A stretch of 64,000 nt of DNA, from NCBI GenBank assembly GCA_964649615.1, contig CAZYPW010000002.1:2969-66968 (forward strand). Reading direction: 5' to 3'. Of the stretch, positions 40,446 through 51,357 are shown piece after piece. The stretch is from an uncultured Gammaproteobacteria bacterium. GTDB lineage: Bacteria > Patescibacteriota > Microgenomatia > Daviesbacterales > UBA10151. A program made the translations under genes and the position numbers. The notes below the pieces were generated by a model. The model was given only the letters and a program-made list of their open reading frames with translations, had not been told where the DNA came from and did not search any database. Every line of letters starts with the position of its first letter. Position 1 is the first letter of the stretch.

Positions 40446-42056
40446 ATGCCAAAAAAGAATTGGCCCTACCTATTAATTTTAGTTTTATCTATTTTTGCAG
40501 TTTATGCTAACTCTTTAAATAATGCTTTTCTCTCAGATGATATAGCAGAAATTGTGCTAAATCCCAGGATTGGGGATTTTAGTTATATTTTTACCCATCC
40601 TTTTGGCTTTATCAGGCTGATTTTAAACTGGATAGCCTATCATTTGGGAGGACTTAATCCCCTTCTTTTTAGAAGCATTAATGTGGGATTTCATATTGGT
40701 TGTGTAGTGTTAATTTTTTATCTTTTAAATATTCTTACCCAATCAAGAAAACTGGCTTTTTTTGTTTCCTGGATCTTTGCAGTCCATCCAGCTATATCTG
40801 AAGCTGTAGTTTGGATTTCTGGAGGAACGTACCCTCAATATACCTTCTTTTTCCTATTATCTCTATTTTTATATATTAAATCCAAAGAAATCAGGAAATT
40901 ATATTGGCTATCTCCTTTGGCATTTTTAGCCAGTTTTATGTCCCATCCACAAATGCCCATAGCTTTATTTTTAATCTTTCCTCTATATGAGTATATTTTT
41001 GGAAATCTTAAGCAAAATTGGCAAAAATCCCTTCCCTTTTTGGTTATTACTATAGCTTATGCCTTTATTAATTTGGGTGGCTTGCAGGAAAGAACTACTA
41101 CTTTGCAATCTGTCCATTACCAGGAAAAAGGAATAGATAATCCATTTATTTTAATCCCTGTAGCTATTTCTTCTTATTTTGAGCTCCTGCTTTACCCCTC
41201 CACCCTCACTCTTTACCATTCAGAATTAGCTTTTGGAAATTTAGAATTTAGTATAAGAGTTTTATTCACTCTAGCATTAATATTTATTACTTTAATAAGT
41301 TTCAAAAAAAACAAAGTCATCTTTTTTTATCTTGCACTTTTTTGGATTAGCCTTGCCCCTACTTTAACCCCCTTTAGATTAAATTGGATTGTGGCTGAAA
41401 GGTATTTGTATTTACCAATTTTGGGCATTTTGACTACTATTTGCATAGGTATTATTCAGTTAAGCCAAAAATTTAAGCTTAAGGGAATGGATTATGCCCT
41501 AATTATATTAGTAGTTGCACTACTGTCTGTTAGGACCATAGCAAGAAATGTTGATTGGAAAAGTGAGGATAATCTTTGGATTGCCACAGGTAAAACTTCT
41601 CCTTCCAGCCCAAATACCCACAATAATTTAGGGGATGTTTACGGAAGGTGGGGCAATAAACAAAAAGCCATAGAAGAATTCCAGACTGCCATCTTAATAA
41701 AACCCAACTATGCTGATGCCTACCATAATCTTGCAAATACTTATAGAGAAGTAGGAGAGTTAGATAAAGCTTTGGAAAATTATCATAAAGCCCTGGAATT
41801 TAATCCTAATCTTTGGCAGTCATATCAAAATATAGCAGCAATTTATTTTAATGCAAAACAATATGATAAGACGCTGGATTATATCCAAAAAGCAATCCAG
41901 ATTAACCCCAAAAACATAAATTTAGTAAATAATCTGGGGGTTGTCTATTTAGCTATGGGAGAAAAAGAAAAAGCCAAAGAAATATTTACAAAAGTTTTGG
42001 CCGCAAATCCGCAAAATCAGTTTGCCAGACAGGCCCTGTTTGAAATCAGTAAATAG
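40446..42056 (+). CDS. TMTC-like membrane glycosyltransferase with TPR repeats
   Basis: FLSDD, HPAISEAV, AERYLYLP, RNVDW and C-terminal TPRs. Confidence 0.85.
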   Translation: MPKKNWPYLLILVLSIFAVYANSLNNAFLSDDIAEIVLNPRIGDFSYIFTHPFGFIRLILNWIAYHLGGLNPLLFRSINVGFHIGCVVLIFYLLNILTQSRKLAFFVSWIFAVHPAISEAVVWISGGTYPQYTFFFLLSLFLYIKSKEIRKLYWLSPLAFLASFMSHPQMPIALFLIFPLYEYIFGNLKQNWQKSLPFLVITIAYAFINLGGLQERTTTLQSVHYQEKGIDNPFILIPVAISSYFELLLYPSTLTLYHSELAFGNLEFSIRVLFTLALIFITLISFKKNKVIFFYLALFWISLAPTLTPFRLNWIVAERYLYLPILGILTTICIGIIQLSQKFKLKGMDYALIILVVALLSVRTIARNVDWKSEDNLWIATGKTSPSSPNTHNNLGDVYGRWGNKQKAIEEFQTAILIKPNYADAYHNLANTYREVGELDKALENYHKALEFNPNLWQSYQNIAAIYFNAKQYDKTLDYIQKAIQINPKNINLVNNLGVVYLAMGEKEKAKEIFTKVLAANPQNQFARQALFEISK

Positions 42057-42122
42057 CTTGTGAGGAAGAGATTTTACTTTGGCTGAATCTTCATTATCTC
42101 TTTGCATTAAATATTTTACCCC

Positions 42123-42159
42123 TTGAAATAATTTAAATATATCCCTATACTGGGGATAT
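42123..42159 (+). promoter_or_regulatory. Sigma70 promoter with CsoR-type operator
   Basis: TTGAAA-17-TATACT; inverted repeat ATATCCC-7-GGGATAT spans the -10 and the ATG. Confidence 0.8.
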
Positions 42160-42433
42160 GGCATACCGACCAAAAGATACTCAGGAAAGAATACTCCATA
42201 GGTTAAAGATTGCCCAGGGGCACTTAAAAAAAGTTTTAAGGATGGTGGAAGGCGGCGAATATTGCATTGATGTTATCCATCAATCACGGGCAGTACAAAG
42301 GGCTTTGCAGGAAGCAGATAACCTGGTTTTGGAAAATCACCTGAAGGGTTGTGTGGTTGATCATATTAAAAAAGGCGAATCAGATTCTTCTATAAAAGAA
42401 ATAATGCATGTTTTTAAAAAAAGAGAAACATGA
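42158..42433 (+). CDS. csoR: CsoR/RcnR metal-sensing repressor
   Basis: RLKIAQGHL, YCIDV and HLKGC. Confidence 0.9.
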   Translation: MAYRPKDTQERILHRLKIAQGHLKKVLRMVEGGEYCIDVIHQSRAVQRALQEADNLVLENHLKGCVVDHIKKGESDSSIKEIMHVFKKRET

Positions 42434-42927
42434 ATGGCAAAAAAATTATTATTGGTTTTGTAACCTTTACCCTTCTCATATTGGGAGGTGGAATTTATAT
42501 TTTAAGTGCGGCCAGCACCAATCCTGCTGCGGTGATCTCTTCCCAAAATGCCAAGGTTTCTGCTGATGAAAAAACTTATGACTGGGGTAATATTAATTAT
42601 AGCGGGCCGGATGCCACCAAGGCCTTCACCATCAAAAATACCGGCACTGATGTATTGAAGCTGACCAATATTAAAACTTCCTGTGCCTGTACATATGCTC
42701 AAATTGTTATTGATGGAAAGGTTAGCCCGAAATTTGGTATGCATAGTACTTCCTCCTGGGTTGGAGAAGTGCCTGTTGGTAAGGAAGCTCAACTTATTGT
42801 TGTTTTTAACCAGGATTTTCATGGCCCAACAGGAGTAGGGCCAATTGAAAGACTAATCTCTGTTGAGACAAATGACATACAAAATCCCAGCTTAGAGTTT
42901 TCCTTAAAAGGAATAGTGGTAAAGTAA
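42430..42927 (+). CDS. DUF1573 Ig-like protein
   Basis: FTIKNTG..IKTSCACT. Confidence 0.75.
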   Translation: MNGKKIIIGFVTFTLLILGGGIYILSAASTNPAAVISSQNAKVSADEKTYDWGNINYSGPDATKAFTIKNTGTDVLKLTNIKTSCACTYAQIVIDGKVSPKFGMHSTSSWVGEVPVGKEAQLIVVFNQDFHGPTGVGPIERLISVETNDIQNPSLEFSLKGIVVK

Positions 42928-42941
42928 ATTCAAAAATCAAA

Positions 42942-43886
42942 ATGCAAAAGCCAAAAATACAATTCAAAATTAAAAATTTTCTTTCTACAGCTGTTCCCTT
43001 GTGGATGATTTTGTTAATAGTATTCAATTCGACTCTGGCTATGGGTTTTGGGCAATATTACCTAATGAAACTTGAGCTGCAAAAAAATATAAAGGAACTT
43101 TCTAAGAGCTTAGATCCTGTTCAAATGGCGGCAGCATTGAAACAGGAAGTTTTGCCACAAAAAGGCTATATGACTTCCCTTAAATGGAAGGATTTGGGTA
43201 AAAAACTGATTGAAGCCGGGGCAATTGATAAACAAAAATATGAACAAATCTTTACCCTTCAATCAGACGGGGCAGACCATATGAAATATATGGATGGAAA
43301 CTGGGATGAAAATATTACTATCACTGAGGAAAATAGCCGTTTTATGGCCAATACTTTATGGGCTTTGGGCTTGGTGAACAAAAGCAGAGTTTTAGATAAA
43401 GGGCCGATGAGGGAAGAAGGGATTGAAACTGCTAATATGGCCTCAACTGGCGGATGGACTTTAGGGATAAAACCTGCCATGGAAATTTATTCCTCTGCAG
43501 AAATTATTCCTCTAACTTTGGAGCAGCAGGATTTAGTGAAAAGGATTGCGGATAATGTATTTCGGCCTTGCTGCGGGAATGCCACCAGCTTTCCGGATTG
43601 TAATCACGGCATGGCAGCTTTGGGCTATATTGAGTGGGCAGTTTATAATGGTTTGAGCGAACAGCAAATATACAAAGACCTGCTGGCTTTTAATTCCTTC
43701 TGGTTTCCGCAAAATTATGTTGATTTAGCAGTATACTTTGAAAAACAGGGAATTAAATGGAAAGATCTTAATCCGAAACTGGCTTTGTCTTCCTCTTATT
43801 CTTCTGCCCAGAGTGCCCAGCGGATTAAACAATCCATCCAGCCTGTTCCCGGGGTTGGCGGAGACGGAGGGGGTTGTAGTGTTTAA
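42942..43886 (+). CDS. Membrane-anchored hypothetical protein with PCC..DCNHG motif
   Basis: Single TM segment, Cys/His cluster and C-terminal GGGC. Confidence 0.65.
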   Translation: MQKPKIQFKIKNFLSTAVPLWMILLIVFNSTLAMGFGQYYLMKLELQKNIKELSKSLDPVQMAAALKQEVLPQKGYMTSLKWKDLGKKLIEAGAIDKQKYEQIFTLQSDGADHMKYMDGNWDENITITEENSRFMANTLWALGLVNKSRVLDKGPMREEGIETANMASTGGWTLGIKPAMEIYSSAEIIPLTLEQQDLVKRIADNVFRPCCGNATSFPDCNHGMAALGYIEWAVYNGLSEQQIYKDLLAFNSFWFPQNYVDLAVYFEKQGIKWKDLNPKLALSSSYSSAQSAQRIKQSIQPVPGVGGDGGGCSV

Positions 43887-44699
43887 ATGGAGAATATCTT
43901 TTTTCAAACCTCGCTGATAGCCGCATTTGTGGCCGGGATGGTGGCTTTATTTGCCCCCTGCTGCATTACTTTTTTACTGCCTGCTTATTTAGGCAGCGTT
44001 TTTAAGGAGAAAGAAAAAGTGCTCCTGATGACTTTGGTTTTCGGGGCAGGAATTTTCGTGGTGCTTTTGCCAGCTGTTTTAGGAGTGGCTTTAATTTCAC
44101 AACTTTTGTTTCGCTATCATGATGTTATCTATATTTTAGGTGGCCTGGTGATGATAGCAGTGGCCATAACCACTTTTTTAGGAATCAAGATGCCGATGCC
44201 TAATTTGCCTCAGGCTAATGTTGGAGGAAGGACAGATGTGTTTTCTATTTTTACCCTAGGAATTTTTTCAGGGCTAACCAGCGCTTGCTGTGCACCTGTT
44301 TTAATTGGCATTATGGCTTTAACCTTGCTCTCTCCCAGCTTTTTCGGGGCTCTTTTAATAGGAGGAATGTATGTGTTAGGTATGATAGTTCCGCTTCTTT
44401 TCATCTCTATTTTTCTGTCAGGTAAGATTTCAAAAATGGCTTTACTGAGAAAACCAATTATAGGGAATGTTACTTTAAGTAACCTGATTGCCTCGGTTAT
44501 TTTTTTGATAACAGGCATATTGGCTTTATGGTTAACATTAACCGGCAGGCTGTCTGCTTCCAACATGGATCAGTTCACTGAAACTATTACTACTTCTTTA
44601 AGCTGGGTTAATGATGCAGTTGGAGAAAACGGCATATTAAATTTTGGTTTTTTGATAATAATTATTTTGTTTATTTATTGGATTGCCAAAAAGGTTTAA
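43887..44699 (+). CDS. CcdA/DsbD-type membrane thiol-redox protein
   Basis: FAPCCITFLLPAY and SACCAPVL. Confidence 0.85.
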   Translation: MENIFFQTSLIAAFVAGMVALFAPCCITFLLPAYLGSVFKEKEKVLLMTLVFGAGIFVVLLPAVLGVALISQLLFRYHDVIYILGGLVMIAVAITTFLGIKMPMPNLPQANVGGRTDVFSIFTLGIFSGLTSACCAPVLIGIMALTLLSPSFFGALLIGGMYVLGMIVPLLFISIFLSGKISKMALLRKPIIGNVTLSNLIASVIFLITGILALWLTLTGRLSASNMDQFTETITTSLSWVNDAVGENGILNFGFLIIIILFIYWIAKKV

Positions 44700-44724
44700 T
44701 ATTGATTAAAGGGGGTGATTTTAT

Positions 44725-44871
44725 ATGATGGGCTACGGAAATTGGGGAGGATACTCTGGTATGATGAATTCAGGATTTGGGATTTTGGCCACTGCTTTTT
44801 GGCTGGTAATTTTAGTGGACCTGATTCTTTTGGGTGTTTGGCTATGGAAACAAATAAATAAAAATAAATAG
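44725..44871 (+). CDS. 48-aa Met/Gly-rich single-TM protein (not in ORF track)
   Basis: MMGYGNWGGYSGMM..FWLVILVDLILLGVWLWKQ; AAAGGGGGTGA upstream. Confidence 0.7.
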   Translation: MMGYGNWGGYSGMMNSGFGILATAFWLVILVDLILLGVWLWKQINKNK

Positions 44872-44948
44872 GTTAGGAAAAATGTTAAATGCGAAACCCA
44901 TAGAAGATAAATGGGCCAAATAGTTTAAATATGAGAGGATGATAATCT

Positions 44949-45308
44949 ATGGAGATAGACAAAGTAATTGTCATTGTTTTAGGTTTAGTAGGTATAGCTT
45001 TTACTTTCTGGTTTTTTCTGATGAAGAAAGAAAAGGAGGTGATTGTGGTGGATGAAGTGGATATTAAAGTAAGTGGTGGTTATTCACCTGAGGTAATCTC
45101 TATAGCTAAAGGAAAATTAACGAAAATTAATTTTTTAAGAACAGATCCAACTGATTGTTTATCAGAGGTAGTTTTGGGTGATTTTAAAATTAGAAAAGAA
45201 TTACCTTTAAATCAGAAAGTAACGATAGAAGTTACCCCTCAAAAGGAAGGGGAATATAAATTTAGTTGTGGAATGAATATGTATCATGGCCGGATAGTAG
45301 TTCGTTAG
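44949..45308 (+). CDS. Cupredoxin-domain protein, CupA-like
   Basis: GGYSP, DC and FSCGMNMYHG. Confidence 0.85.
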   Translation: MEIDKVIVIVLGLVGIAFTFWFFLMKKEKEVIVVDEVDIKVSGGYSPEVISIAKGKLTKINFLRTDPTDCLSEVVLGDFKIRKELPLNQKVTIEVTPQKEGEYKFSCGMNMYHGRIVVR

Positions 45309-45397
45309 TTCGTGATTGGTTAGAAGGAGATTAACGAATTATATGAATGGTGTGATAAATTATCTCGTACGATCAGTGCTTTAAAAAGGTCTCTACA

Positions 45398-47683
45398 ATG
45401 AACGATGAACTAACTAACAAACTAACCACTAAAACCTTTCCTATTAAAGGTATGCATTGTGCTTCCTGTGTCAGGATTCTGGAAAAATCCTTAAGCCGGG
45501 TTAATGGGGTTTCAAGTTGCGCGGTAAATTTGGCGACAGAAACAGCAACTGTTGATTATGATCCTAAAAAAGTAACAGATAATGATCTGGAATCTGCCGT
45601 AGCTAATGTAGGCTACATTGCAGGAATTAATGAAGAGCTTAAAACAGAGGATCAGCAAAAACAAGAGAAAGAAAAAGAGTTGAAAAGTTTGCGCAACAAA
45701 GTTTTTATAAGTTTGGGTTTGGGATCCTTAATTGTCTGGGGATCTTTCCCTGGACTGATGGAATTTGCTCCCCTGATTTTAAAAAACTTTTGGGTGCAGC
45801 TGATTTTGGCCATTCCGGTGCAATTTTGGGCAGGTTTGACTTTTTACCAGGCTACTCTTCCTGCCTTACGCCACCGTACTGCCAATATGGACACACTGGT
45901 AGCAATCGGTACGACAGTGGCTTTTTCCTATTCCGCAGTTGTAACCATTTTTCCTCAACTACTTGTAAGCATAGGAGTAAAACCAGAGCCGTATTTCGAT
46001 GTTTCCACCATAATCATTGGTCTTATCTTATTAGGGAGATATTTTGAGGCTAAAGCCAAAGCTGGAACTTCAGAAGCCATCAAAAAACTAATTGGGCTGC
46101 AAGCCAAAACAGCCAGAGTTGTAAGAGGGGGTAAAGAGGTAGATATACCAATAGATCAGGTAGTGATTGGGGATACTATCAGAGTCAGGCCGGGAGAAAA
46201 GATTCCGGTTGACGGGATAATTTTAGAAGGTCAGTCTTCAATTGATGAATCTATGATAACAGGAGAAAGTATTCCTTCTGATAAGTCGAAAGGTGATACA
46301 GTTATCGGGGCAACCATTAATAAAACCGGCACTTTTTTATATAAAGCAACTAAGGTTGGATCAGACACCATGCTTTCACAAATTATAAAACTGGTAGCAG
46401 AGGCTCAAGCCAGTAAAGCTCCAATACAAAGACTGGCTGATTTAATTTCTTCTTATTTTGTGCCAATAGTGATTATACTGGCAATTCTTACTTTTGTAAT
46501 CTGGTATGTTTTTGGCCCCTCCCCTGCTTTTCTTTTTGCCATGTTAAATATGGTGGCTGTGTTAATTATTGCCTGTCCCTGTGCCATGGGTTTGGCCACC
46601 CCGACTGCTATTATGGTGGGAACAGGCATTGGGGCGAACAAAGGAATTTTAATTAAAGACGCAGCCAGTTTAGAAACTGCCCATAAGATTAATACTGTCA
46701 TTTTTGATAAGACCGGGACCTTAACTAAGGGAAAGCCGGAAGTAACAGATGTAATTTACAGTTCACAGTTAGTTAGTGATTCGTTAGTTAGTAAAAACAG
46801 TGAACCAAGTAACCAACTAACCAATAACATTCTACGTTTGGCTGCCTCGCTTGAAAAAGGTTCGGAGCATTCTTTAGCTGAGGCAATTGTTAACAAAGGT
46901 GAAGAGGAAAAGGTAAAGTTTATGAAAGTAGCAAACTTTAAGGCAATCCCGGGCCATGGTGTGGAGGGGATAATTGGCGGAAAGAAAGTTGCCTTAGGCA
47001 ATAGGAGGCTGATGGAAAGACAGGGTATAAATATAGATGAGAAAGTGGTGGAAAGATTGGAAAATGAAGGTAAAACAGTGATGATGCTTGCTGTGGATGG
47101 AAAGGCGGCAGGATTAATTGCTGTGGCAGATACACTTAAGGATTCTGCCAAAGATGGAGTAGAAGCGCTTACAAAAAAGAATATAGAGGTAATTATGATT
47201 ACCGGAGACAACCAAAGAACTGCTCAAGCCATCGCCAAACAGGTAGGAATTAAAAGGGTTCTGGCAGAGGTTTTGCCCGATCAAAAAGAAGCAGAAGTTA
47301 AAAAGATTCAAGCTGAAAATAAAAAAGTTGCTATGGTGGGTGATGGCATTAATGACGCACCGGCGCTTGCAGCTGCAGATATCGGGATTGCCATGGGATC
47401 TGGTACTGATGTGGCAATTGAATCCGCCGGAATTACTTTAATAAATAAAGATTTGACATCTGTAGTATCGGCAGTAGAGCTTTCCAAAAAAACTATGAGG
47501 ACCATAAGATTAAATTTATTTTGGGCTTTCGGGTATAATATTATTTTGATACCTGTGGCTATGGGAATATTGTACCCAAATTTTGGAATATTGCTTAATC
47601 CTATTTTTGCATCAGGTGCTATGGCTTTAAGTTCAATATCAGTTGTTTCAAATTCACTTTTACTTAAAAGGTTTAAAATGTAA
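45398..47683 (+). CDS. copA: Copper-translocating P1B-type ATPase
   Basis: GMHCASC, CPC, DKTGT, GDGIND, YN and MALSS. Confidence 0.95.
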   Translation: MNDELTNKLTTKTFPIKGMHCASCVRILEKSLSRVNGVSSCAVNLATETATVDYDPKKVTDNDLESAVANVGYIAGINEELKTEDQQKQEKEKELKSLRNKVFISLGLGSLIVWGSFPGLMEFAPLILKNFWVQLILAIPVQFWAGLTFYQATLPALRHRTANMDTLVAIGTTVAFSYSAVVTIFPQLLVSIGVKPEPYFDVSTIIIGLILLGRYFEAKAKAGTSEAIKKLIGLQAKTARVVRGGKEVDIPIDQVVIGDTIRVRPGEKIPVDGIILEGQSSIDESMITGESIPSDKSKGDTVIGATINKTGTFLYKATKVGSDTMLSQIIKLVAEAQASKAPIQRLADLISSYFVPIVIILAILTFVIWYVFGPSPAFLFAMLNMVAVLIIACPCAMGLATPTAIMVGTGIGANKGILIKDAASLETAHKINTVIFDKTGTLTKGKPEVTDVIYSSQLVSDSLVSKNSEPSNQLTNNILRLAASLEKGSEHSLAEAIVNKGEEEKVKFMKVANFKAIPGHGVEGIIGGKKVALGNRRLMERQGINIDEKVVERLENEGKTVMMLAVDGKAAGLIAVADTLKDSAKDGVEALTKKNIEVIMITGDNQRTAQAIAKQVGIKRVLAEVLPDQKEAEVKKIQAENKKVAMVGDGINDAPALAAADIGIAMGSGTDVAIESAGITLINKDLTSVVSAVELSKKTMRTIRLNLFWAFGYNIILIPVAMGILYPNFGILLNPIFASGAMALSSISVVSNSLLLKRFKM

Positions 47684-47720
47684 TTGACTAGATATTAATT
47701 TAGTACTACACTATGTAGTA
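47684..47720 (+). promoter_or_regulatory. Promoter with BlaI/CopY-type operator 1
   Basis: TTGACT-17-TACACT; palindrome TACTACA-CTA-TGTAGTA at 47704-47720. Confidence 0.85.
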
Positions 47721-47723
47721 AAT

Positions 47724-48116
47724 ATGAGCAGTAAACAAAAAGTTGGCAAAGTTTTAGGTGAGTTAGAATCAGAAGTGATGAAAGTCATTTGGCAATCTCA
47801 AAGTTCTGTTCCAGTAAGAGGTATTACTGAAATTCTTCAAAAAAAGCGTAAAATTGCCTATACCACTGTAATGACTATAATGAATCGTTTAGTAGATAAA
47901 AAACTTTTGAGCCGTAAACAGGATGGTAGGGCTTATCTATATAAGTCTGCAGAATCTAGAGATAAGTTTTTAACTAGAATTTCCCGTCAAATCATCAAAA
48001 ACTTTGTCTCAAGCTTTGGCGATGCAGCTGTTGCATATTTTGTTGACGAGTTAGAAAAGACGCCAGTTAAGAGACAAGCAAGGCTAATCAAATTACTTAA
48101 GGACTCAAATGAATAG
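47724..48116 (+). CDS. BlaI/MecI/CopY family repressor
   Basis: LGELESEVMKVIW and AYTTVMTIMNRLVDK. Confidence 0.92.
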   Translation: MSSKQKVGKVLGELESEVMKVIWQSQSSVPVRGITEILQKKRKIAYTTVMTIMNRLVDKKLLSRKQDGRAYLYKSAESRDKFLTRISRQIIKNFVSSFGDAAVAYFVDELEKTPVKRQARLIKLLKDSNE

Positions 48117-48921
48117 TAATTTTATATTTAGTTACTGTCAGCAAGTTTTGTCCAATTATTCTTCTATAATATATTCTATAATCGGAGTACTACTGTCAGT
48201 AGCTTTAATCTATCTAGCTTTACAGCTTTTTTTCACCAACCAATTTCTAAAAAGATATTTAAAAAAGAGAGTTAAATCTTCTGATAAACTTTCTAAAATT
48301 GCCTTACCACTTAAGATCTTAGATAGAGTTGATGTAGTTGATTCTAAAGCAAATCTTGTTTTCTGTTATGGAATTTTGAGACCGAGGATAGTTTTGAGTT
48401 CACAACTGACCAATTCTTTAAGTGATAAGCAGCTGCGAGCAGTATTACTCCATGAAAGTTGTCACTTAAAAAGTTACGATCCTTTAAAAATTGTTTTGAG
48501 TAGAACTTTATCCTCAATATTCTTTTTTATTCCCCTACTCAAGGATCTGCAAAGACATTATATGCTGACAAAAGAGATTGTTGCTGATATGGAAGTAATA
48601 AAATACAGCGGCAAGGAAGTTTTGATATCAGTTTTGTCTAAACTCATAACATCGAGATTTTCTAGTTTGAATACTATTGCGGCGTTGGTAACAACAAATG
48701 ATTTAGAGAAAAGGATACTTTATCTGGGTGGTAAACAAAAAAGCATCGCCTTCCAACCGCCTATGTTTAATATAGCTATTTCCATCTTTATGGTCGTTGC
48801 CTTATTCATAGTAATTAGTACCCCTGTTTATGCTGTAAAAAACCAAGAAGGTGGTTTTTGTAAGACAGAAAATCAGGTTAACTATAGTCAGCACTTACCA
48901 TACACACCTTTGCCTAACTAA
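48109..48921 (+). CDS. M56 family (BlaR1-like) membrane peptidase
   Basis: FCYGILRPRI, HESCH, EIVAD and LEKRI. Confidence 0.88.
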   Translation: MNSNFIFSYCQQVLSNYSSIIYSIIGVLLSVALIYLALQLFFTNQFLKRYLKKRVKSSDKLSKIALPLKILDRVDVVDSKANLVFCYGILRPRIVLSSQLTNSLSDKQLRAVLLHESCHLKSYDPLKIVLSRTLSSIFFFIPLLKDLQRHYMLTKEIVADMEVIKYSGKEVLISVLSKLITSRFSSLNTIAALVTTNDLEKRILYLGGKQKSIAFQPPMFNIAISIFMVVALFIVISTPVYAVKNQEGGFCKTENQVNYSQHLPYTPLPN

Positions 48922-48927
48922 TCTCTA

Positions 48928-48965
48928 TTGACAAACCCCAAAATAATCTACTACACTATGTAGTA
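48928..48965 (+). promoter_or_regulatory. Promoter with BlaI/CopY-type operator 2
   Basis: TTGACA-18-TACACT; identical 17-bp palindrome at 48949-48965. Confidence 0.85.
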
Positions 48966-48967
48966 AC

Positions 48968-49693
48968 ATGAATATATCAACTGCTCAAAGTATTTTAATA
49001 GGTTCAATTATCATTTCTCTAGCAATTCTAATAAGTGGAGGGATTATTAAGTTTGGAACACCTGTATCATCAACCACAGGGTCCCCAACAACACAAGCCG
49101 CTGTCCCTACCCAATTACCTCCTGAACCTCAAGCTGGTCCTGTAGAGCCTTTAAAAGTAGAAGATCATGTCAGGGGTGATAGAAAAGCCAGGATTTTGCT
49201 TTTTGAATACTCTGATTTAGAATGTCCATTCTGTAAGAGATTTCACCCAACTGCCCAACAGGTAGTTGATGAGTATAAAGGTACTGTAGCTTGGGTTTAC
49301 AGACATTTTCCTCTAGATCAAATTCATTCTAAAGCAGACAAAGAAGCAGAGGCTATAGAATGTGCTAATGAGCTTGGAGGAAATGATGGATTCTGGAAGA
49401 TGGCTGATAAAATTTTTGAAGTTACCCCGTCAAATAATGGATTAAACCTAGATGATCTGCCAAAACTGGCTTCACAAGTGGGGTTGGATCAGAATAAATT
49501 CAAATCTTGCCTTGATTCTGGTAAATATGCTGCTCATGTAGAGGAAGATTATCAGGGAGGTATTAAAGCCGGTATCACTGGCACTCCGGGTAACATTTTA
49601 CTTGATACCAAAACAGGTAAAACAGTTTCCATACCGGGAGCAGTTCCGTTTGAGCAGATTAAACCGTCAATTGACGAATTATTGAAGTCATGA
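48968..49693 (+). CDS. DsbA-family thiol-disulfide oxidoreductase
   Basis: EYSDLECPFC, RHFPL and GTP. Confidence 0.92.
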   Translation: MNISTAQSILIGSIIISLAILISGGIIKFGTPVSSTTGSPTTQAAVPTQLPPEPQAGPVEPLKVEDHVRGDRKARILLFEYSDLECPFCKRFHPTAQQVVDEYKGTVAWVYRHFPLDQIHSKADKEAEAIECANELGGNDGFWKMADKIFEVTPSNNGLNLDDLPKLASQVGLDQNKFKSCLDSGKYAAHVEEDYQGGIKAGITGTPGNILLDTKTGKTVSIPGAVPFEQIKPSIDELLKS

Positions 49694-49702
49694 ACCTGAA
49701 CA

Positions 49703-50260
49703 ATGAAGCAGTATCTATTTTATTACGTCAGTAACAAGCTTGCTTATCTTTTCTCTGCCAGTAAAATAATTTTCAGTGACAAAAGATATATATTGGGATT
49801 TATGGGTGTAGCCATTGCCATGTTTTGGCTGCTACTTTATATCCCAATTAGGACTGTGCCTGGAAATGACCTTGCCTTCCAGCTGAGTATTTTAACCCCT
49901 AAAGATTGGTTTCTATTTACTCTCCTACCAGTTTTAACTGCTCTTTCTATAGTGATGAATATTTATATCTTAAGAAACAAAAGTTCTATTCGGGATAGTG
50001 CTTCCATGGCTGGGCAAGGAGGCACCGGATTTTTATCCGGGGTTATTGCCTCGGTTTTTGGCACAGCATCTTGCGCTTCTTGTTTGGCTTCTATTTTTGG
50101 CTTTTTAGGAGTAGGCGGAGTATTATTTCTACTACAATACCGAACCTATATTACCGCAGCTGCTATTATTTTGTTGCTTATTTCACTTTATTTTACTTCC
50201 AAAAGAGTGCTCAATGCTTGTGAAAGTTGCAGAATAGGAGTGCATAAACATGGCAACTAA
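49703..50260 (+). CDS. Membrane protein with CxxC motifs
   Basis: About 4 TM segments, CASC and CESC. Confidence 0.65.
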   Translation: MKQYLFYYVSNKLAYLFSASKIIFSDKRYILGFMGVAIAMFWLLLYIPIRTVPGNDLAFQLSILTPKDWFLFTLLPVLTALSIVMNIYILRNKSSIRDSASMAGQGGTGFLSGVIASVFGTASCASCLASIFGFLGVGGVLFLLQYRTYITAAAIILLLISLYFTSKRVLNACESCRIGVHKHGN

Positions 50261-50840
50261 TCTGGTCAATAGAAAACTCCATATTGTAATCATACTATTG
50301 TTAGTCATAGCAGCTGCTGTCTACTTTGGGTCATTCTCAAAAAAGAGCAGTATTAATCCTTTAGTAAATCAGGCTCTGGCAGCTAAGTTTGATTATTTGA
50401 GCAAGAACGGTAACTCTTCTTGCTCTCAATCTTTTCAAACATCTATTCCTGCTATGTCAGACAATGTGCGTCTACAAGGCTCTTGTTGTTCTCCTATGAG
50501 TATGCATCGTTATCAAGAGCAAGTTGAGGGTTTGAAAAAGTATAAAGAATCTGCTGAAATTCCTATTGATCCTTATGATATTGAAGCTGGGCTTGCCAAA
50601 AAACTACTTTCGTATTATGACTTGCAATTAACTCCAGATGAACAGAAAGAATATGATTACGCTATGCAAAATTCTAATGAAAAAGGTCCTTGTTGTTGTA
50701 AGTGTTGGAGATGGTATGTTTATGGGGGTTTGGGAAAATATTTAATAACAGAGAAAGGATTTACAGGAGAGCAGGTTACTGAGGTATGGAATTTATCAGA
50801 TGGTTGTGGTGGAGAAGGAGACCACGTACAGCATACGTAA
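50250..50840 (+). CDS. Cys-rich exported protein
   Basis: GSCC, GPCCCKCW and DGCG. Confidence 0.65.
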   Translation: MATNLVNRKLHIVIILLLVIAAAVYFGSFSKKSSINPLVNQALAAKFDYLSKNGNSSCSQSFQTSIPAMSDNVRLQGSCCSPMSMHRYQEQVEGLKKYKESAEIPIDPYDIEAGLAKKLLSYYDLQLTPDEQKEYDYAMQNSNEKGPCCCKCWRWYVYGGLGKYLITEKGFTGEQVTEVWNLSDGCGGEGDHVQHT

Positions 50841-50846
50841 CTAGCA

Positions 50847-51341
50847 ATGAAGACAGAAACTAAGGTTATTATAGGAGGTGCCATATTTACCATCCTACTT
50901 TTGGTTGGTGCTGCTTTCCTTCTATCCAGAGAAGAAAAAGTTAATGTATCAGAAGATCAAATCATATCAAGAAAAGGTATACACTGGCATCCTAGACTGA
51001 CAATTTTAATCAAGGGAGAAAAACAGGAAATCCCTGCAGATTTTGGTTTAGGAGCAGTACATTCGCCAATCCATACTCACGCTGCTGATAGTAAAGAGGG
51101 TATCTTACATATGGAAATATCAGGCCTGGTGACTAAGGATGAGACAAAATTGAGCAAATGGTTTCAACTTTGGGGAAAGCAGTTTAACTCCAACTGTATT
51201 TTTGATAAATGTAATGGAGAAGAGGGAACTGTTAAAATGTTTGTTAATGGGCAGGAAAATGAGCAAAGCTCTTCTGTGAATAAAGAATTTGAGAATTATC
51301 AAATGAAAGATGGAGATAATATAGAAATTAAATACGAATAA
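50847..51341 (+). CDS. Membrane-anchored His-motif hypothetical protein
   Basis: HWHP, IHTH and LHME. Confidence 0.65.
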   Translation: MKTETKVIIGGAIFTILLLVGAAFLLSREEKVNVSEDQIISRKGIHWHPRLTILIKGEKQEIPADFGLGAVHSPIHTHAADSKEGILHMEISGLVTKDETKLSKWFQLWGKQFNSNCIFDKCNGEEGTVKMFVNGQENEQSSSVNKEFENYQMKDGDNIEIKYE

Positions 51342-51357
51342 AAGGTAAACTAAATAT

